A stretch of DNA of 64,000 bases from Anthoceros angustus. Taxonomy: Eukaryota > Plantae > Anthocerotophyta. The DNA lies in the NCBI GenBank assembly GCA_010909165.1, contig VJWM01000107.1:372001-436000 (forward strand), read 5' to 3'. Both the position numbers and the translations under genes were made by a program. Of this stretch, positions 59,143 to 64,000 are shown piece by piece (the stretch's first letter is position 1; the number at the start of each line of letters is the position of its first letter). Below the pieces are notes generated by a model. It was not told where the DNA came from and did not search any database. It saw only the letters and a program-made list of their open reading frames with translations.

Positions 59143-60319
59143 ATGGAGTGGGTGGGATGGGTCGGGTGCGCCCTGGGTGGTTATTGCAGGGCTGGTGGGG
59201 GCTGTGTGGGTGCTGCGGGTGCCCGCTGCGGTGCACATCCCTGTGAAGGGCAGGCATGTTTTATCACGGGAGGGTCGAGTGGCATCAGGTTGGCCTTAGC
59301 ACATCTTGTGGTTAATGAAGGAGCTGCCAAGGTTTCTCTCTTGGCGCGCACTGAGGCTAAGCTGGAGGAAGCTCGGGAGGCCATAGAGAAGGCCACGGGC
59401 CACAAGGTGCACATTTTCAGTGCGGATGTCAAGGATTATGGCAGCACAGCCAAGGCATTGGCAGCGGCGGGTAGCGTGGATGTTTTGATTTGTTCTCATG
59501 GGGTGTCCATCCCTTGCATATTTGAGGAGTCGTCCTTGGAGGCGATCAACCATCAGGTTGACACCGTGCTCAAGGGCAATATTCATGTCATCAAGGCTGC
59601 GATCCCAGGAATGAAGCAAGGCGAGAAGGGCAGGGACAGGCAGCATCCCACCAGTATCTGCATTATCTCTTCTCAAGCTGGCCAGGTGTGCTACGTGTTG
59701 TGTTGCTTCAGAACCCTAACCTTGCTTCTTGCATTACCCCATGCACGGCCTGCAGTTGATTTGTGAGGTGTTGCTCAAAGTGCAGACCGGAGTGTATGGC
59801 TTTGCTCCTTATGCGGCTGCCAAGTTCGGACTACGGGGCCTGGCTGAAGTGCTGCAGCAGGAGCTCTTCCCTCACAATATCCGAGTCTCTCTCGCCTTTC
59901 CTCCTGACACCCTAACTCCTGGATTTGAAGAAGGTATGGTCTGCAGTGCCCGATCCTGCTTTCTCATGCCACCTAATTGTCACCTCGCTCCGGACTCTCA
60001 CATCCTGGCCTACCCTGTTGGCAGAGAGCAAGACCAAACCAGAGGTGTCTGCGCTGATATCCAAATCTTCCACATGCATGCTACCAGAAGTCGTTGCCAG
60101 AAGGATCCTGGTGGCTTGAAAGCCAGATTCCTCATCTCCTGCAATCTTGACGGGTTTGCCTTATCGCTGGCCACCGCCGGGCTCTCTCCACACACCACTT
60201 TCTCCCAGGGTTGTCTGGAAGTGTTTCTGGGAGGCGTAATGCGCCTGGTGGCCATGACCTTTCTCAGGGACTGGTACAACGTCATCGACAAGTGGCACAG
60301 AAAGCAGCAGACCGCGTGA
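59143..60319 (+). CDS. TSC10: 3-ketodihydrosphingosine reductase, copy 2 (additional small deletions near 60110-60125)
   Basis: Same exons as copy 1; ctggtggcttgaaagccagattcc versus ctgggtggcttgaaagccgggagattcc in copy 1. Confidence 0.8.
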
Positions 60320-61431
60320 TCTCTGGGCTGCCACATCCTCATCTGACAGGCCTCGCAAGGGTTTGTGAACCCCGAGGCCAACAAGTCTGTTTGTACTCCA
60401 AGTCCTCACCGTTAATTATGCAGCCTTGCATGATGCAACGTCGGGCCCGATCGTTGTGTGGCAGTGCAATGAATAACGCCTGGCTGGCGGGCTCCCCTCT
60501 CCCGCACCCCGAGGCTCCCCGTTGAAATGTACATACCCAGCAAGCCCACGAGGGCAGATGTGCCGTCTCGATTGCGGGAAGGGAGTCTAGGCAGCAAGTG
60601 ATCCATGGGCCTGGGCCCTGGCACTGTTGCACATGCCGAGGTCCGAGGACCTCGTTTTAAGTTACACAAAAAAACTCAAGACAGCTTGTCACCGATGCCA
60701 AGCCAGCGCGGCGAGCAAAAGGAGATGACGACGAATTGTGCGAAAACTTATGCCACAGCCTTGCTTCCGGGTCCCGGCCCGAATCGGGCGGGCTTTGAAG
60801 CCTGGCCAAGCCGCGGCCTGTTGCAACTTTGCTTGGCTGTGGAGTGTGAATGGTGTCAGAATGCTGCTGGCATGGCTGGAACCTGGGTCGGGCTTTGTCC
60901 AGTTAAAAAGCGAGCACCAGCAGGCTTCAATTATCTGGACGGATGCGCGGCTTAAATGCGCGGCTGTCGGCATTGAAGTTCCCCAGGACCGGCATTGATG
61001 CGCCGTTGCCATCAACCAAGATTCACTCGATTCGCTTCGCCTGTGTTCCACGGCCGCGCGATCCGGATGGCAACGGCTTTGGAGTAATCGCCAGGACCAG
61101 GACCAGGGCCAGGGCCAGGGCCAGGGCGGGATGGCAGCGAGCACGCACAGACCCACCAGGGAGTGGCTCTTGCCTTCGCCTCCTTCCTGGGAGTGAAGAA
61201 TGCGGGTGCGGCGCTAGAGATGCAGGAGAAGGCTGCTCTGAGGCTGGAGCTGGCGCATTGCAGGTCTCGGAATTGCCGGGCACTTCCTCTTCCTTCCTGT
61301 CTTGCCCAGTGGCCATGGTGTGATGCTGTGCTGGGCTGTACAGTACTGACGGGCAGGCAGGTGCAGGGATCTAAACGATGAGGGATTTTCCTGCTGCCGC
61401 TGCTGGGTGGTGCTGAATCCGCCCCGGCAGG

Positions 61432-63203
61432 ATGAGGAGGCCGGTGAGCGTGCGGATGCTGGATGTGAAGACCGTGGTGCCTGCGGAGCCGACGCAGCCG
61501 CACCATCTCTTCCTCACCTGCTTCGACATCCACATGTGGCACTCGCCTTACATGAAGCGAATTCTCTTCTACCCGCCGGGAGGCGGTGGCGGGGAGGGAT
61601 TCTTCGAATTGGTGGCTGGGCTTAGCGGGAGCCTGGCCGAGGCCCTGGTGCTCTTTTACCCGTACGCTGGGCGGATGGTGGAGCGTGAAGAAGGGCAACG
61701 CCCCAGCCTGGAGTGCAATGACGCAGGCGTGCAGTTCGTGACCGCGGAGGCCACCGTTTCTCTGGAGGATTTTGGGCCGGGGCTGGATCCCGATCCCGAC
61801 GTCTTCCCTGACCTGCTTCACGCCGGGCCGGACTGTGTGAAGCAAGGCCCCGACTTTCCGCTGCTCTGCGTGCAAGTATGTTCTCTGTTCTTGTGGTTCT
61901 TCACCATCGGGTGAAATGCAGGGAGTTAGTACTTGGGTGATTGAAATGAGATGGAATGGTGGGCTTCAGGTGACCAGGTTTTTGTGTGGAGGGATTGCGC
62001 TGGGGCTGGCTTACAGTCAGGTAGTGTCGGATGCAACAGCGTTCTGGAACTTCGTGCGGGCCTGGTCTGAGATATGCCGGAAACAGGGGCTGTCTGCGCT
62101 GCCCAAGCACAGGCGGTATCTGCTCAAGGTTACCGACCTCAGCACCGAGATAGACTCGGCTGAATTCCATCCCACCCTGTACACCTTCGCTGACCCCTGG
62201 AAAGCCAAGATGAAGAGGAATGGCAGGACTGGTGCCGTGAGGGACTACCCACCTTCGTCCCCGCTGTTGCTTCAGGAGCGGCAAGTGCATCGTATGTTCG
62301 TCTTCTCAGCTGACACCATCCAGAAGCTGAAGGACCTTGCCAAGTCCTCCAAGTCCGGCTCCGAGGCTGGGGCTGGGGCTGGGGCTAACAAGTTGAAGCG
62401 GCCTGAATCTGAGGCCTTCAGGAACGCTACGGCTACCAGGGGACAATTCACATCCTTAGAGGTAGGTTTACCAAAACTGCCTCGTAACCACTTCTCGCTC
62501 CCATCCTGTCAAACTTGCACCTACTGGATTGCTCAAATTTGCGTCTGACAATGTAGGTGTTAGGAGCACACCTTTGGCGGTGCACCACCAGGGCTCGCAA
62601 TCCCCATAGGCATTCAGAAACCAAGTTCGTGATTGAGTCAGACTGCAGAAGAAGGCTTCCTTTTTTGCCAGATTCCTATTTCGGGAATGCGGTTTGCTGC
62701 ACAGCAGCTGTGACCACGGTCAAGGAGCTGGTGGAGAGCCCTCTGTACTTCTCTGCCAAGCTGATCCACAAGGTGAGTGGCTGGCACCGAGCAGTGAACT
62801 CCGTAGAGCCTTCTTCTCAAGACCTAACTGTCATGGTCATTGACAGTTCAGTGTTCCGTTTATGGTGCAGGCCAGGAGAAAGTCTGTCTCGGAGCAGTAT
62901 ATCCGCGTACTAGTTCACTACTCGGAGCAGCATGGCAACCTGCGACCAGTGGATTTGGATCCAACCAGACAGTGTCTCACAACAGCCATCCAGAACTCGT
63001 CAAAGCATCCCATCTACGAATGTGATTTCGGGTGGGGTAGGCCGTTCAGGGTTAGATCCGGCAACATGGATGAGCAGGGTGCGTATGCCATATTTCCTGG
63101 GAACCCGAAGCTCCCAAAAGGCAGCGTGGAGGTGGCCATAGTGCTCCCGGCAGGAGACATGGCCCGCCTGGAGCAGGATCCCTCCTTCCTGCTCCAACCT
63201 TGA
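61432..63203 (+). CDS. BAHD acyltransferase family protein, 4 exons; HxxxD motif reads QVVSD
   Basis: LAEALVLFYPYAGR, LECNDAGVQFVTA, PLLCVQ|VTRFLCGGIALG, SYFGNAV, DFGWGRP; canonical GT-AG introns; stop at 63201-63203. Confidence 0.92.
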
Positions 63204-63898
63204 CGTAATTGGTTCCTGTACCATAACCTGCTGGCCAGACCACGCTTGTGGTGCTGGATCCAGCCAAGCTTGTACTCCCAACCAAGTTTTGGGCCCACCC
63301 ATCGACGGCTTGCTGTACATTGCGCTGAGGTATCAAGGGCTTGTTTTTCCAAGCACCAACTGTCAGCTCATGCGAAAAGCAAATTCACCGACGGAAAGGA
63401 TGTAAAAGTAGAATCTACACTAGTCTAATGTATCGGAATCCAAAGGTGGTGGGTTAGTGGTGGGTAGTAGTCTCATGTTAGATGGACAGAGACCAATCTG
63501 CTGTGCCAGAATACTTAGGAAGCTGATAGGGCATCTGAGGTTTTTACAGATCAAATGTCAGCAGGAGTCCAGTTGAGACAGCTGCAGCCTCGAGATTAGT
63601 TGGGTCAATCGGAGAAGCAGCCGCAAGTGAGTGAGATGCACGAAGGTCACCCTGGCAGTGTCGGGTGCCATTTGAGAGCAAGGCCCCTCAAGAAGCCGGG
63701 CAGAGCGCATTGCGTGATCATGTGGAGCACATTTGTGAAGGGCGGCACCAAAGGCATCAACAAGTTAGAAAGCGAGAGATTAAACAGGCGCAATTGTGTG
63801 CGACAACGATGGCGCAGAGATTCGAAGGCGACTGGCACTGATCCTCACTTGGCTGCTGCTTTCAGCTGTTCGCCACCTTCGCCTCGGCCTGTACCTCG

Positions 63899-63923
63899 GC
63901 TCAACTCAACTCAACTCAACTCA
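63899..63923 (+). repeat. (CTCAA)n microsatellite
   Basis: ctcaactcaactcaactcaactcag. Confidence 0.8.
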
Positions 63924-64000
63924 GTGGCTCGACCCGGTTGCTTTCCTCTATCTCCACTCTGGGTCGCCCCAATGCTAACCTAGCTCCTGTCATCTTGAGA

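Larger units (their letters stand above)
55945..61559 (+). repeat. Near-identical tandem duplication, 2 x ~2.8 kb (55945-58749; 58750-61559)
   Basis: gtttccacacgctgagcaaaacc at 55947 and 58752; cactcgccttacatgaagcg ends at 58751 and 61559. The copies differ mainly by homopolymer-length indels. Confidence 0.95.

Overview
Eukaryotic nuclear DNA from a gene-dense, non-seed land plant. Short GT-AG introns of about 70-150 bp and GC-rich exons fit a hornwort-like compact genome (inference). About 20 protein-coding genes can be read: SAUR (partial), SRR1-like, AP-4 beta-adaptin, hexose-6-phosphate 1-epimerase, a HAD hydrolase, a DUF1336/EDR2-like protein, a trypsin-fold protein, a DUF21/CBS (CNNM-like) protein, UPL7 HECT ligase, a DUF26/Gnk2-like secreted protein, PI31/PTRE1, ALDH7, thioredoxin o-type, a Cys-rich putative plastid protein, TAF13, FtsH2, 3-ketodihydrosphingosine reductase (two tandem copies) and a BAHD acyltransferase. 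Intergenic DNA holds three decayed copies of a restriction-like-endonuclease (CRE-like) non-LTR retrotransposon, LTR-like relics ending in GTTACT, a hAT MITE with an 8-bp TSD, a CACTA end and several minisatellites. The most notable observations are these. (i) Two intron-containing fragments of the PI31 gene are re-inserted nearby; one is inverted about 200 nt behind the gene's own stop codon and could form a hairpin. (ii) Two apparent pseudoenzymes are present: a trypsin-fold protein with catalytic Ser to Gln and a BAHD with catalytic His to Gln. (iii) An AT-rich island of intact genes sits in a GC-rich neighbourhood. (iv) An LTR-like element lies between ~115-bp direct repeats. (v) There is a near-identical 2.8-kb tandem duplication. 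Several 1-nt indels in homopolymer runs (FtsH2, KDSR, trypsin-fold gene) point to long-read consensus errors, so apparent frameshifts should not be taken as biology without checking reads. All calls are by eye; no database searches were run.
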